DNA of 64,000 bases from the human T2T-CHM13v2.0 reference genome, Homo sapiens. The notes under the pieces are model-generated. The model saw nothing but the letters and a program-made list of their open reading frames with translations, made no database searches and was not told where the DNA came from. Numbering within the stretch: the stretch's first letter is position 1; each line of letters begins with the position of its first letter. This document shows positions 1 to 14,800 of this stretch, in pieces. The stretch is from the NCBI RefSeq assembly GCF_009914755.1, contig NC_060937.1. One strand, given 5' to 3'. The position numbers and the translations under genes were made by a program.

Positions 1-737
1 TTGTGCATGAGGTTAGGATGGTAAATACAGTAGTGGTTCACAATGCTTAGTGTTAGGAAGACTAGAGAACCAGGGTCTTGTACATTGGTATGTATTTATG
101 AGGGAAATTGAACAATATGTATAAAGAATCTCAAAGTTGTTCGAATCTATTGACACACAGGCCTACTTTTAGGAATCCATCTTTTTGGAAATAAGCAGAT
201 TATGCACAAAGATATTCACATAAATGCAAATAAATAGAGGACTAGTTAAATACATTTGATGGAATATTATGTAGCATTAATGTTTGGAATGAATTTTTAA
301 TATTATGGGAAAGATTATTCATTTATATGTGTCTATTTATTTGAAGATTTTTTGGTTATTCTTTTAAAAACCACATACACAAGAATATAATGTGTCAGCA
401 GTTTAAAGCATAGAAGTTACTTAAAAACAAGTTAGGATCAGATGAACAAGGGCAGGTGGAACACGCCAACCAGTCACGCCTTGCTCCCCTCTCTGAGATT
501 TCTGAATTCCCTGTCCCTGACTCCTGGATGAGCTGGTTTAGTTTCTTGCCTTTGGTTTTGAACTGGGAATATTGACTGACTGACTGGAGATGGACGTGAC
601 TTCTTTCTCTACCCCAGTCCTGTGACTCTCTACTTCGTCATTGTGTATGTGTGCATGAGAGAGACTCCTTTTGCTCATCCTCCTATTTTGCTTTAACTTT
701 CACCCCAAATGTGTTTCACCAGCTTTACTCTGGGAAC

Positions 738-1087
738 CCGAAATCTTGACTACAGTCTGTTGAAAGATAAACTTAGGTGCGCTGAAATTTTAAAGAGTTT
801 ATTTGAAGAGATAGTGATTCATGTATTGGGCAGCACCAAACCACAAGTGGTTTGGGCTTCATGGAAGGGGTGTGCAGGAAAAACTTTTATGAGGTGTTTG
901 CAGAAGCAAGATAAAGAACACATTTGATTGATTAAAGTGGAATCCTCCTAGTTAGAGGTTAGTTGTTTGTTTCTGATTGGTTAAGCTTAAGTTTTATTTT
1001 AGTGTTTACATTGAATTGCTTACATAAGAATCCAGGGTACTGGAGCCATCTCAGCCTAATGGGTTCTCAAATGATATTTCTAAACAA
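738..1087 (-). mobile_element. ERV-type solo LTR remnant (family not assigned)
   Basis: TGTTGAAAGATAAACTTAGG...TCTAAACA ends and LTR-like internal composition. Confidence 0.5.
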
Positions 1088-1116
1088 TTCCTTTGGCATC
1101 TTCCTTGAGGGAGTAG

Positions 1117-1443
<327 letters not shown>

Positions 1444-1879
1444 TGCCCCTTTCTGCAGGGCCTCCCTCTGCCACTTCTCTGTGCTCTCCCTGCCTAGTGG
1501 AACCCTAGCAACTGGCAAAAGCAAAGATTAGGAGGAATCATTGATGAAGTTGAAAGAGGAGGACTTTATAATTCAGGTCCTACTTCCTTCCAGAGTGAGG
1601 ATTCACTGGGAGATTAATGTGATTAATGTGGCCGTTTTAAGAAGGTCAGTTGGAGGGCAGTGTAAAAACTGATTAAGTAAGAAGAGACTGAAGAGGGAGA
1701 GAAAAATCAGAGCACTGTTCTAGTGATCCAGATCTGAGGCAGTGAGTAGCTGAACCAAATTGAAACAAATGTCAGTGAGAAAAGAAGGCAGAGACAGAAG
1801 AAAGATTGAGAAAATAATTAGAACATGATAACACATGAGTCAAAGATGAGCTTGGGTTTTTAAGAACTTTATTCTGACC

Positions 1880-2665
1880 CACCCTGTTTATTGTAGCAGT
1901 ATTCATAATAGCCAAGAGGTGAAAGCAACCTAAATGTCCACTGCTGGATGAGTGGATAACAAAAATGTGGTATATACATGCAATAGAATATTATTCAGCC
2001 TTTAAAAAAGAAGGAAATCTCATCACATGCTACAACATGAATGAAACTTGCAGACATTATGCTAAGCGAAATGAGCCAGTCACAAAAAGACAAAAAAGTC
2101 ACTGGTGACCACCATTCTCCTTTCCGTTTCTGATTCCACTTATACGAGGTATCTAAAAGAATCAGACTCAGAAACGGAAAGGAGAACGGTGGTCACCAGT
2201 GACTGAAGGTTTATTCATCAGGTATAAAGAGTGTCAGTTTGCAAGATGAAAAAGCTCCAGAGATGGGTTGCACAAGAAAGTGCATGTAGTAAACACTGTT
2301 GAACTGTACACTTAAAATGGTTAAGATAAAAAATGCACTAAAGATGTGTACACCTGGACATAGAGAATGGAATGACAGACAATGGAGACTCAGAAGTATG
2401 ACAGGGTGGGAGGGAGATGAGGGATGAGGAATTACTTTATGGGTACAACGTACATTATTCGGGTGATGGATACCCTAAAAGCCCTGACGTAACCACTGTG
2501 CAATCTATGCATGTAACAAAATTACACTTGTACCCCACACATGTATATATCAAAAACATTAAGATAAAATAAAATTTTAAAATGGTTAATATAAGATGGA
2601 ATAAATATTTTGCCTTTTACTAAAAAAATTAAGATGGTAAATTTTATGCTCTTTTACCACAAGAA
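1880..2665 (+). mobile_element. Old L1 (L1M) 3' end with a nested second L1 3' fragment (~2350-2575)
   Basis: GCAACCTAAATGTCCA...AAAATGTGGTATATACA...GCCAGTCACAAAAAGAC L1 3' motifs. Confidence 0.85.
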
Positions 2666-3831
2666 AAAATTTCTGAAATATTTCAGATTTACAAAAAGTA
2701 GTTTAAAGTAACATGGCAAACATCAGGTACTCATCATTTGTAAAACTAAACATTATCAATACGGTTGACACTGTTTGAGTAAAACCCCAAAGTTTTAAGA
2801 TTTTATTTATTCAACAATTACTTTTTGAGTGCCTACTAATTGCAAAGCTCTGTCCTGGCATTGGAGATGTAGCAATGTCCCTCCCCTCCCCTTTAGGAGA
2901 CATGCGTGGCATGGAGAAGGATCGATCATATCTTGACAGATATAGAGAATTGAATGGGAAAATTGTTTTGGAAGGTGATGATGCATTATGCAATTCACAA
3001 TATTTGATTTGAGGTAACAATTGAAATGTCCACATTTAGCTGCACCTCCAGAAATAATTCCAGGAAGTCTATATTATATATATTGTATATATTATATAAT
3101 ATATATATATTAATAATCCTATGTAAAAAATTTATTGAGTATTTACTCTGTGTAAGTCACTTTGCTGGTCACAATACTTAATGAGACTCTACCATGTGCC
3201 ATTCACCATGGCGGGTATTGTTCTCTAATGGGTGAGACAGACAAGGATAAGATAACCACAGTAGAGGTTGACAAAGGTTAAGGTAATGAATATGGTGCTG
3301 AGTGCTGAGGTAACACCAACCATGTTCCAATATTTACCCTAGCTGGAAGGAAGACTTCCTGAAGAAAGTGACATAGAACCTGAGATGAGATAAAAAATAT
3401 CTAAAATAGTAAGATTCAGTTCTTTCCCTTGAGAGTCTTCTGGTATACTACAGAAACAGATTTAAATAAAACTCAACAGTAGGTGCAATAATACTTTTCT
3501 GTATAAAGCACAAATGAGATGAGTTTGAAAAAGCAATGAACTAGACCTGGAAATTAGGCCCTTCATGCATTTCTAAAGAGATAAACGTCATTTGGGGCAG
3601 AAAGAAGAGCAAGAGCAAAGACACATGGGTTAAAATCTATGATATTTGAGGATTCTCATGAACTTCACTTTACCTCTCTCAGTGTACACTTAACTGTATC
3701 CATTGTATCCTGTAATTTTTTTTATAAAAATGTTCTGATTTGACTCCAAACATAAAATAGTGATCAAATATGTATAATCGTATACATAAATAATATGGGA
3801 AATAATATACATAAATATTATAATACATGTA

Positions 3832-4350
3832 TGTGATGGCTCAGGACACATTATGCCAAAATATAACACCTTGGCATAGTGAATGTTTTAAGCTGAAAAA
3901 ATTTGAGAAACGGCATGTGCAGGAAGGATTTTCTGATGTTCCCCCAGCCTCCTCCCCTGAAGCAGTTCAGAAGACCCTCATGTGAGTGACAGGTGCTCCC
4001 CGTATACCTACAGTAAAGGAGCATCCCTGTCTCCAAAGATGAATGGACACGGAGAGGACTCTGAACCAACAGGCCTTGCCGAGTTCCCTCCAGTTCACTC
4101 ACACCCTTTGTCTTATCACATTTCGCCATGACTCTGCTCTTCATCAAAGCTAGCAAATCAACTCCCAGGTTCAACCGCTTCATTGGGTCTTAATTTCCTT
4201 AAGAAGTCTCCTGTGTCGTGTCAAACTTATATTAAATAAATTCATATGCTTTCATCTTGTTAATCTTTCTTTTAATATGGGGCCGCAGCCAATGAACTTA
4301 AGGAAAAGTTCATTTGGAGCAGAAGGAAAAGATATTTTTTGTCCCCCACA
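3832..4350 (+). mobile_element. ERV1 solo LTR (MER34/MER39-like)
   Basis: TG...CA ends, AATAAA near 4235; homologous to the inverted copy at ~38060-38558. Confidence 0.7.
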
Positions 4351-6009
4351 TAATCAATAATATATGAAATAATAAGTGTAAAATTACTTTGTAGGTGACG
4401 CAGTGCTCAAGTAGTTCTGCTTTTGTCATCACTTTAAAAATCATAGTGACATGATTATTTGGCATTATTATTTGGTCTTTGGCGTGGAATTTTGTCAGAA
4501 GTTTTTTGAAATCCTCAGTAATGTCTTTCAGATCTTTTGGTCTGTTCTTCGTCCTTTAAGACATGGGTTCTTTTTATAAACGTTGGTTGTCTCTGCCACC
4601 ATGCTGTGCTTGTCTAAGAATCCAGTGGTCTGACACCGGACTTGTTTGTACACAACTGGTACCACACCGGTACTAGCATTTCTTCCGGGACACACAAATG
4701 AGAATGGGAGAAAGTTTTTGGAAGGTCAATTTTGATTCAACATATGGAAGAATGTCCTAAGTTGCCCAAAACAGATTGAAAAAATGGTGTTTATGTAAAC
4801 TTCATTTACATAGTTTTACATAAAACAAATTATTTGACTTATAAGATAGTCCTTTATTCTGAGATCATATCTTATCAGTTTTTTTGGTAAGAAAATATTT
4901 TTTCTTTTAGAAATTATGACATTAGTGAATTATAGCAGTTTTATTTAAATGTCCTTACTCAGCAAAATAAAGGCTGAAAACACATTATTTGAAATTTTAT
5001 AGACCCAGATGTCCATAAAGTCTGACAACCCCCGTTCCCCTAACTGCTCAACTCTGTTCCAAGCATCACATGATGTCAGATTTTCAAGTTGTTTATCTTG
5101 TTAAAAAATAAGAAGGAAAAATTTATTTGAATAATTTTGGAAAATTGTTTGCATATATTGACTTTTACTTTCTGGCTTATTCGGGTATTCTGCCTTTTCT
5201 AAGAAGAAAGTTTAGTCCCTAAGAGGAAAGAAGCTAACGTGAATGAATCAGGAGAAGGAGAACCAAACCTAGTTAGCTGCACAAACTAATGAGAGGTGTT
5301 TGCTTATTCTGGTTCTTAGTTTTATAGTCTGAAAAATAAGGAAATGAGAAAGTGGTAAGATCTATTTTAGTAATAAAATTCAATTAAAAAACATAGTGTA
5401 TATGTATGTATATATATGTATGTATGTGTATGTATCTATAATATACACATATATACATATGTGCACTATACACAAGTTTGTACAACATTGTATTTTGTGA
5501 GAATTAATCATTTTTGCTAATATTAGAAACTCAATCTATGAAACTCTGAAAACTTCACGGGGAATTAACACTTCAGGGAGTTTTTTTTTTTTTTAAACCC
5601 AAGGTCTTTTAAATCTTGGAAACTTGGGGAGTATAAGAATATTGCCAATATTTGCAAGGTGAAAAGAAATTGGACTATAAGGTATGATTGGAAATTTTTT
5701 ATGAGCACCAATTTGCTGATGGGCTAATAAGCATTTACATTTGCTGATCTTGTAGTTAGCTGTTTAATTACTCAATTTGTGCATGCAAATGGCATCGTTT
5801 GAGTATAAATGGATGCAGGTGCAAATCTGCATGACTAGTATTAGAGTCTTATTTGAAACTTGCTCATGATCCTTCATTACTCTATACAGTACTTGAAAAA
5901 TCAACCCTGGTTTTCAAAAATAGTCCTGAAACAAAGTAAAATCCTTATGGGCAAGATCATGTTTTTAATGTGATCACTCTCCCTAGATTTCTGTTTTGGG
6001 ATTTTCATT

Positions 6010-6304
6010 TTTTATTTATTTGAGACAGATTCTCACTCTATTGTCCAGGCTGGAGTGCAGTGGTGTAATCATAACTCACTGCAGCCTTGGCCTTTCCAGT
6101 TCAAGCAATCCTTCTGCCTCAGCCTTCCCGAGTAACTGACACTACAAGCACACACCACCACACCTGGCTAATTTTTTGTATTTTTTGTAAAAATGGGGTT
6201 TTGCCATGTTTCCCAGGCTGGTTTCAAACTCCTGAGCTCAAGCGATCTGCCTGCCTCAGCCTCCCAAAGTGCTGGGATTACAGGCGTGAGCCACTGCAGC
6301 CAGT
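6010..6304 (-). mobile_element. Alu (J-type, diverged)
   Basis: Antisense Alu with AluJ-like substitutions. Confidence 0.92.
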
Positions 6305-8069
6305 TGGGATCTTCTAAAGCTATTGTCTTACGGTGATGTTCATAGCTAATTTATAATAGCTTGAAAAAATAATGTGTTATATTTAGAGTTGTTAACATAA
6401 ATTCTCAAGAATATTTTGTATCTTAGGGACTCAAAATCAAAATCATAAGAATATGACTAAATGCAGTGAGAAATCCAATTTGGCAATGCATTTTCTAGAT
6501 TTCATAGATTTTCTCTGCATTACTCAGCCATTATATCTTGTGTTATGATACACTGTTAAACTAGATATCACAAATAACTCAGTGGTCACCATGTTAGAAA
6601 AATGTAACGGGGAATATCAAGTCTATACTACAGAATTTGGTACTCATAATACCTAACGTTGGGGGTGCTTTGAAGCTTACAAAACACTTACCTACATACG
6701 TTATCTTGCTTGATCCTACGACTTTCCAGTGAGCTTGACCCCTATCTTAGAGATGAGAGAGATGAGGCTTAGTGAAATAAAATTAATAGCTGTGATTTCA
6801 CAAATACTAAGTTGCACAGCAGGATACTCTGTTTCATATTCTGACCTATTTCAATTATTCTACATTACTTTGATTTTATTGTTTGCTCTTGATTTGGCAT
6901 GCTAATTTCCGTGACCTTCCCTCTCGCTTCAATGTTACAAAACTCTTAATTGTAAAGAGCATAGTTTATTCTTAGCTTTAGGTACAATGCTGAGGATAGA
7001 TCTGCACACTAATGAAACACTCCCAAAATACTTGTCCTTTGTTTATGATGAGGGAGGTAAAGACTTGGTAACTAAGCTATGAAATTTAACTCATCAGTTA
7101 CCTTTAATGAAGTTGGGAGTTAAATCTTGGCCTTCCTCAGTAGCCTCATGCTTCTAGCTTGTGCCTGCGAGGACAGTAGGAAAACCTTGCCCCAGAATGT
7201 AATGAGGAATGACTGGCAGAGACGGCCTGAGATATACATTTTAGCAATGCAGAATGTACTCAAGATGTGATAAAGGCATTTTCATCTCTGACATATTCAG
7301 GTATCCTCTAGTTAATAAGACTGGCATCTTTTCAAAATAGAAATTATGGAAGTGAGGACTGTAAAAACTCCAGAGCAATCTCATAGATAACGGATTCTCA
7401 TCCACAAACATATGATTCCCTTATTGGAACAGGAGCCTGAGGCATTTCCATTTCTCTACTCTGAAGAAATCCTTCCTTCTTGGGAAATCAGCTCTGATAT
7501 TCTCATCAGGGTACTTTCACCTCAACATCTAATTTGCTTCTAAGATGCAAGATTGAATAAATAGCTCAGGTTGTTTAAGAAAATATTTCTGGAGGGAATA
7601 AATATTCTCAGCTCTTGCTAATCAAGCTGTTTTTATTGTGCTCTCCGGAGTCCAGGCTCAAGGCTTTACCAAATGCCTTTGCAGAGGGCCGCATAAGGAA
7701 GATGACCTAATAACCTTGGTTCACAATTTCCCAGGCAAGCATGCCCCTAGGATAGGAGAGGCCACATTTCCATATGCACAGTCAGGAGTTTATGTGAAAA
7801 CTCCTCTAACCTTCTGGGCTGCTCTGCCCAGTTCGCACTGGAGGCAGGCAATGGGGTAAGTTGGGAAGAGGACGCTCTCTACTTTCAGGATCCTATGGTT
7901 TCTCTTCTTGGCCCATCTCAAGGCTCCCAGAGGTGCTGCTTGCTTGCTGATATCCAACCTGCTTGTCACTGGGCTTGGTTGGAAGGATTTATAATGAGAT
8001 GGCTCATTTATTCAATTGACACTAACGGAATATGATGCTAAGAAACTGCCAATAAAAATAATAACAGCA

Positions 8070-8430
<361 letters not shown>

Positions 8431-8489
8431 TTATTTAATTCCCATAGCAATCATCCTACAGGTAGAAAAATGGAAACATTGAGGTTTAA

Positions 8490-8969
8490 GTATGCAAAAG
8501 AAAAACAGAATCTCAGGACCCCAAACTCACTATGCCAAAGGGAAAGTTAACTTGGTAACTGAGCCATGCAAAAACTATCTTCCTTTTGTTCCCAAACAGA
8601 TAGCTGTAATTTCACATGCTTACTTTATCTTATGAAAAATGTAGATTTACCGAGCCACAAGAAGAATTCATAATTGACATTCCCTCACTCCCTCCTTTTT
8701 ATATGTAAAATGTAGATTCACTGAGCACTAATCAGAGCCTTATCAGAATGTAATCACTTGCCTCATTGCCTGCCCCCCTCCTTTTTTTTCTTCCCCTCCT
8801 GCTTGCTCTTTCCTCTTTAAATATTGAAGTTCCCCAAATCTTCTTTATAAAAAGCACAGGTCATAGATGCTATTGTGACTTGTGTTGCTTTTTTCTGGGT
8901 GCATCCTCAACCTTGGCAAAATAAACCTCTGATAGATTGAGGTCTGCTTCAGTCACTTTTTGGTTTACA
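8490..8969 (+). mobile_element. ERV1 (MER4-group-like) solo LTR
   Basis: AATAAA at ~8919; ends TTTTTGGTTTACA; LTR-like start ATCTCAGGACCCCAAACTCACTATGCC. Confidence 0.7.
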
Positions 8970-9379
8970 GTCTTGCCAGAATTCACATGGAAGAATCAGA
9001 TATTGCACTCAGACCTGCCTGACTCTAAGCCAATGCTCTAATCGCTAGGCCATGCTAATCTTGAGTTTGACAGACAGACTTCTTAGAGAAAAATATGTAT
9101 GTATATTTAATTGGGGGAAAATATCTGCCTCTAACGTTTGGTAGCTTTTCCTATCAGGTAGTTGCAGACCAAATGGATAAATATGAGGGGCTTTTCAAAA
9201 GGCAGAGGGAAAGAGTCTAGCTCCTTTTTGCAAGATGTGCATAAACAAAGGTCTCAGTACTTCATGCCACTTTAAAAATGCTCCCTCCTGTCTCCCTGCC
9301 ATTTTATTGTGACTGACCTCCTGCATTCTTCCTTTAGATTCCAGCAAGCTCCAGCTGCTTCTGTTCCTGGCTTTGTATG

Positions 9380-9720
9380 CCAGTGTGGATGTGGCTCCCT
9401 CTGCCCAGACTGCCTGCAGCCAAATTCTTTCTCATGAGAATTACTGATTCTTCAAAGTCCTGTTCTGCTGTCATCTCCTCTGGGTAGCCTCCTCTGAGCT
9501 CTCTAAGTAGGTGCTCACCACCTGCTTCCAAGGACCTCTTTTCTGTCTGTTGGGTACACACTTATTCTTGCATTTATCATAATGGGTTGTCACTTGTTCC
9601 TGACTAGCTCTCATATCTCCACAACTGTAAAATAAAATTTATAAGGGCTGTGTTAAGTTTTATTCATCTCTGTGTCTCTGCTGCACAATCTGAAAATATA
9701 GGTGCTTAATGAATGTGTAC
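9380..9720 (+). mobile_element. L2 3' fragment
   Basis: Degenerate L2 3' motifs ending TAGGTGCTTAATGAATGT. Confidence 0.55.
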
Positions 9721-11489
9721 AAAACCGACTTGCAAACTGTTCTATATGACACAGCTAAAGCCATGAGCTACTTCAATAGCTTTCCAAGACAGATGATGTG
9801 AGTATCTTGGTAGCAGTGCATTGTGCTTTTTTCATCTTCGGTTGTAAGTATATTAAGGATGAAAGATGTGTTTGTACTACTGCAAATGTTGCTGGAAGTA
9901 GCCCAGAAAGGAGAAATGAGATATCTAGCCCACAGCTCACTGTTCCAGAGGCCTTCGTGTTGAGAATTTTTTCTAAGAAAAACAGCAGCATTTGATTGAT
10001 GCAAAAATCTCCCACCCGTTTCTCTCTGTGTTGTCATTAAGAACTGTGGGTGCGTGTGTTTTTATTTTTTATTTATTGTGGCTTTTCTTACAACAGGCAA
10101 AGGATGTAATGCTACAAAATGATGTATGATTTGTAGTTGGTTCAGCTGGGTAAGCGTTGCTTTTTCTCAACCACTACGAACTTATTTGTTCAATCAATCA
10201 TTTTAACACCGTGCTACAAACCAGGAAATAGGTGGTTTAAAAAAGAATAATACTTCGACAGAATCTGCTCAGAGCCCTCTGATGTTTATAAAACTCTGAC
10301 TACTTACTGTGTAGATTTGTCTTAAAGAGAAAGTTTATAGAGGTCAAAATTTCAGAATTTGAATTTTATTTTATTTTATTCAAGAGGCTAGATATTTCTA
10401 AATTTGAGGAAATCCTCACTCTAATTGAAATTCTCACCTGCAGTCTTTCTTTATTTACCCTTAACCTTGTAACCGCTCCTCCTGGGAGAGACAAGAGGAT
10501 CATAGGAAACCAGTTTGGGTTCGAAAATAGAGAGAGAACAGATAATGTGACCAGCAAGTGTGGGTTGAGTTTGGGTATTTTACCTACCTCAGTGACATTG
10601 GACAAGTATTGTCACCTCTTGGAACCTGTGTCCACAGTTGTAATTTTGGAATAAAACGTGTCCTGATTATATCTCAAAGAAAAAAATGCGTTCCCAAAGA
10701 GTGTGACCTTGAGGTCCTAGGCAGGCTGCAAATTTAGTTTTTGTCACTTCAGATATGAGACCGTTACTCTCAGGCTGTTTGGAATGAACCTGAAGAACCT
10801 GAGTGAGTTTGTCTCCTGCTTAGTTGACGTAGAGACATGTGTGGAAACTCATTTGCAATTTACACATATTTAAAAAACATGAAACTGAACCACATGGCAG
10901 AGTGACTATAGAAAAAAAATTTCTTTAAAATCATCCTCAAGTTAATTGGTGCTTTTTGTGTTGTTCATTGTCTTCAGATTAGCAATGTCTTGATAATCCC
11001 TATTACTCTCCCTATTTGGAGTAATACTCCCTATTACTCCAAATCAAATGTTTCCAAAGCCCACAGACTTAAGTCATGTGGTATCCTGGTATGCAGCTAT
11101 CGATTTGGAATTGTCCTACTGGGGAATTCAAAAAGGACCATGACTTGGGAGTACAGCATTCGTTACTGCAACTATACAGTAACAGAGCGGTGTTCTGGGC
11201 TGACTCTTGGACTCTTATGTTGTTGGGGCTTATCCCTTTTCCAAAAGAGCACCTGGCCCAGAGGCTCCACAGGTAGTTTGCCCATTTCCCTGCACAGCCA
11301 GGTTGTGTTCAGTGCTGTAGAGGATTACTGCAAAAACTATCTTTTGAGATAGCTTTGGGATAATCTCTTTCTCCTGTCATCTGCTCCATTCACTCATGAA
11401 GTCAGCTTCTCTCCTGACTTTCTTCCAAAGTTTTAGAAGATGAAAAAGAAAGGAAGGAAAGCAAAAGTGATAGGCATAGGCTAGGTATG

Positions 11490-11921
11490 AGAATGAGAAA
11501 AAGAGTTTAAAAGCTCAGAGCAGTCTAAGCTATGTAAGGTATGCAAAATTTAGCAGATCCAGAGAGACGAGTGTGAGACTTCAGTCATGGCCCCTGCACC
11601 CGTGTCTGCGCGCAATTGTTCAAAGGCATTTTGTTGCTGACTAGCTACCTCATGTATTATCTTAATATCCGTGAAATTTGTAGTACAAAAAACAATGACT
11701 AGCCAATCAACAGCTTATGTTATTTTAGTGTAAGTTCTTGGTAAACAACTTAGGAATTGCCTCTTTTTTTTTCCTTAAAAACCCACTTGTAACTGCTGCT
11801 GATCCAAAGATATATTCCAGGCAACTTGAATCTATGTTCCCAGGTGCCAGCCTCAAACTTTGAGTTTAAATTAAACTCTAAATTCATTATATTTCATGAA
11901 TTTTGTTATTTAGGGTTGACA
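11490..11921 (+). mobile_element. ERV1 solo LTR (family not assigned)
   Basis: ATTAAA signal near 11870; ends GGTTGACA; CCAAT/U3-like content. Confidence 0.65.
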
Positions 11922-14217
11922 AAAGCAGTGCTATAATTTATATATAGTGATCATAGATCCTGATACAAAAATTGCAATTTGCAGTCTGACAAGAGGATAC
12001 AATATTTAACATCAAGACTAGATTGGAAGACCAGAATGCATGGTCTCCTTATTGGCCACAATTACTGTAAGATGTCCAGTATAGTTTTTAAAGGTAACAG
12101 AAAACTAGAATGGTTTTAAAGGGTTGGATGCCTCGTTGTCAGAGAGGATTAACGCAAAGGGTAGAGAGTTGGACGTGCTGACATTTAGTTTTGTTCTAAC
12201 AAATTCATTCATTCACATACTTGTTTGATGAACAGTAACTGAGCACCTACCACATGCCAGGGACTGATGGAAGAGAGGTTAAAAATTAAGGTAAATTTTA
12301 GACAATAAATGATTAAATCTTTTGTACCATGAACCTATGAACTGGGTTCTTTATTTACTGCTTGCCGTGGCTAGGTTGAACCATTTATTATATTTCACTC
12401 TGGAGAATATTGTGTTCAGTTTGGCCTCCAAATTTTAAATCCGATATTTTGGAAATGATTACAAATGTTTCTATACCAGGACAAGAATGATAACTGAAGG
12501 AAAGCAGGATCGATGAGAATACAGTAATCCCCTCTTATCTGCAGGAAATGTAGACCAATGTGCCAGTTTCAGAATTGAATGTCCCTGTTTGTATGATTAC
12601 TATATGAATGAATGCTATGTTTATGCATGTTAAATATTTATGCAAATAGAGTTTGATTTAGAGTCACCAGGCTCCTCCGGCAAGGATGATAGAGAAAAGA
12701 TTACATCATTAGCTATTAAATATTTCCAGGCTTTTATTGTACCATGAAAGAAGGAAATAAAATGATTTTGTCCATGCCTCATGCTCACTCTCTAAGCAGT
12801 CCCTTTAGCTCTCAGAGAATATTTTGTTGTTTTCCCTCCTCAGTTTTTTAGTGAAGGAAACCATGTCTTATTCATACTGAATTCCCAGGTCTTAGCAGGC
12901 ACTCAATAAGGTGTAATGAATAAATTATGGCAATGTACTGTGTGCCCTGGTAATGAGGGCTGAAACTTCTTATTGAGTTGCTAGGCTAGAGCAATATATG
13001 CTGGTGAGAACTTGGTTTTGGTGAGAAGTGACTGTGGATCGTGGGGAGTAGGGGAGGCTGGATCTGTTTTGTGATGGGACCCAAAACCAGCCCTTAGATT
13101 GAACTGTTTCACTGACACTTGCCAGTTGATGAGAAGATAACAGGCAGAGGATAGAGCAGGCATGAACAGTGAGGGGTAGAAGGGCCTGGCCTCCATAGAG
13201 GACAAGATCCTCCTCACCTGGTGAGGACAGGTCGGACTACAGAGTAGATGCTAACAGAACTGGCAAGTTCTGCTCATATACAATGATGATTTAATAAATG
13301 GAATAATATTTACGCAGGTATGTTTTCTAAAATCTATCACTAACATCATTTTCACTATGCTTTCCTGACTTGATTATCTTGGCAATGTTATACTTGACAG
13401 CAGTGAACAACAGTCGTAGGAAATACGTGGAGAATGGTACCAAGGGATATTTCTCAACTTTTATTAAAATTTTTATGCATCGAGAGCTGATATCTGATAT
13501 CTGACTGGCTCTGATATATTCAGGTTGCAGGTGTTCATCTTCATGGCTGTCTCATAGAATTTTTCTTGATTGATATAACTACTAGCATAATTTTGCTCTG
13601 AGCATCTGGAGGGCAGCGGATATGCTTTATTTATCTCTGTGTCTTCAAGCCCCAGGACAGCTACTTGCAATTATAAACTCTCAATAAATATTTACTATAG
13701 AACAAAATAAAGGAGAAGAAAAAGAAGGGAACGTTGACATTGTGACAGACCTTTATGAATGCCACCTGTTGGTGGCTTCTATGGAGGTCTCCCATCCACT
13801 GAGGGGTGCTGCTGTGTTTAGTGTTTGTGGGAGTCCTGAAAACAAGTTAATCTTACTGTTGCTCACCTGAGATACAAATCCCTTGGCCTGCTCTCAATCA
13901 AGCAAAATGATCAACTCCTTCCAGAGAGACCTGTGCCTTTTCTTAGACTGGACCTGCTGGGACAAAGTCTTTTGGCAATATTGAGTTTGGAAAATTCCAC
14001 CATGCTTCACATTTATTTTCAAAGTATTATAAGCCCTTTGGGCTTCTTTCCTCTCTCATAATCTCATGCCACGTGTCACTGTGTGAATTCTTTCATCTGG
14101 CTTAAAATTATATAGTTCATTGCTCTTCCTTTTCCTTCTGTTCCCTTCCATTTCATTCCCCACTTTCCCCTTTGAGACCTTGGAGCATTTAATGTAGTAA
14201 ATGAAATCCTTGACATC

Positions 14218-14619
14218 TGTGTTAAGTTGTTCTTGCATTGCCATAAGTAAATATCTGAGACTGGGTAATTGATAAGGAAAAGACATTTAATTGGCTCATG
14301 GTTCTGCAGGCTGTAGAGGAAGTATGGTGCCGGCATCTGCATAGCTTCTGGGGAGGCCTCAGGGAGCTTTTACTCATGGTGGAAGGCAAAGTGGGAGCAA
14401 GTGAGAGAGTGTGGGGGAGGAGGTGCCAAACACTTTTAAAAGACTAGATCTTGTGTGAACTCAGACTGAGAGCTCACTTACCACCAAAAGGATGGCCCAA
14501 GGCATTCATGAGGAATCTCTCTCCATGACCTAAACACCTCTCACCAGGCCCCACCTCCAACACTGGAGATTACATTTCAATGTGAGATTCAGGTATAGAC
14601 AAACATCCAAACAGTATCA
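14218..14619 (-). mobile_element. MaLR MST-type solo LTR with 5-bp TSD ACATC
   Basis: GAGACTGGGTAATT...GGCTCATGGTTCTGCAGGCTG...GGCCCCACCTCCAACACTGG; TSD at 14213-14217 and 14620-14624. Confidence 0.9.
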
Positions 14620-14800
14620 ACATCTTCAACTTCTTTGTTGAGAACCCCTTGCACCTCTTGCCTGAACTGAAAGCTGGCATCCCCTTGAAGATACAGAATC
14701 TTAATTGGCCCTTTTAAATGGATTTGGTCTATTTTTCCAGCCTCGAGTAGATTCAGGCTGAGATTTAATCTCAGTAATCTTTGTATTCTCCATGCCACTC

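Noticed and set aside
9768-10037. Three overlapping short ORFs in apparently unique sequence
   Set aside because: No domain similarity or convincing splice context; expected by chance
10990-11352. 120-aa ORF
   Set aside because: Non-ATG start, no recognisable homology, spans a hairpin scar
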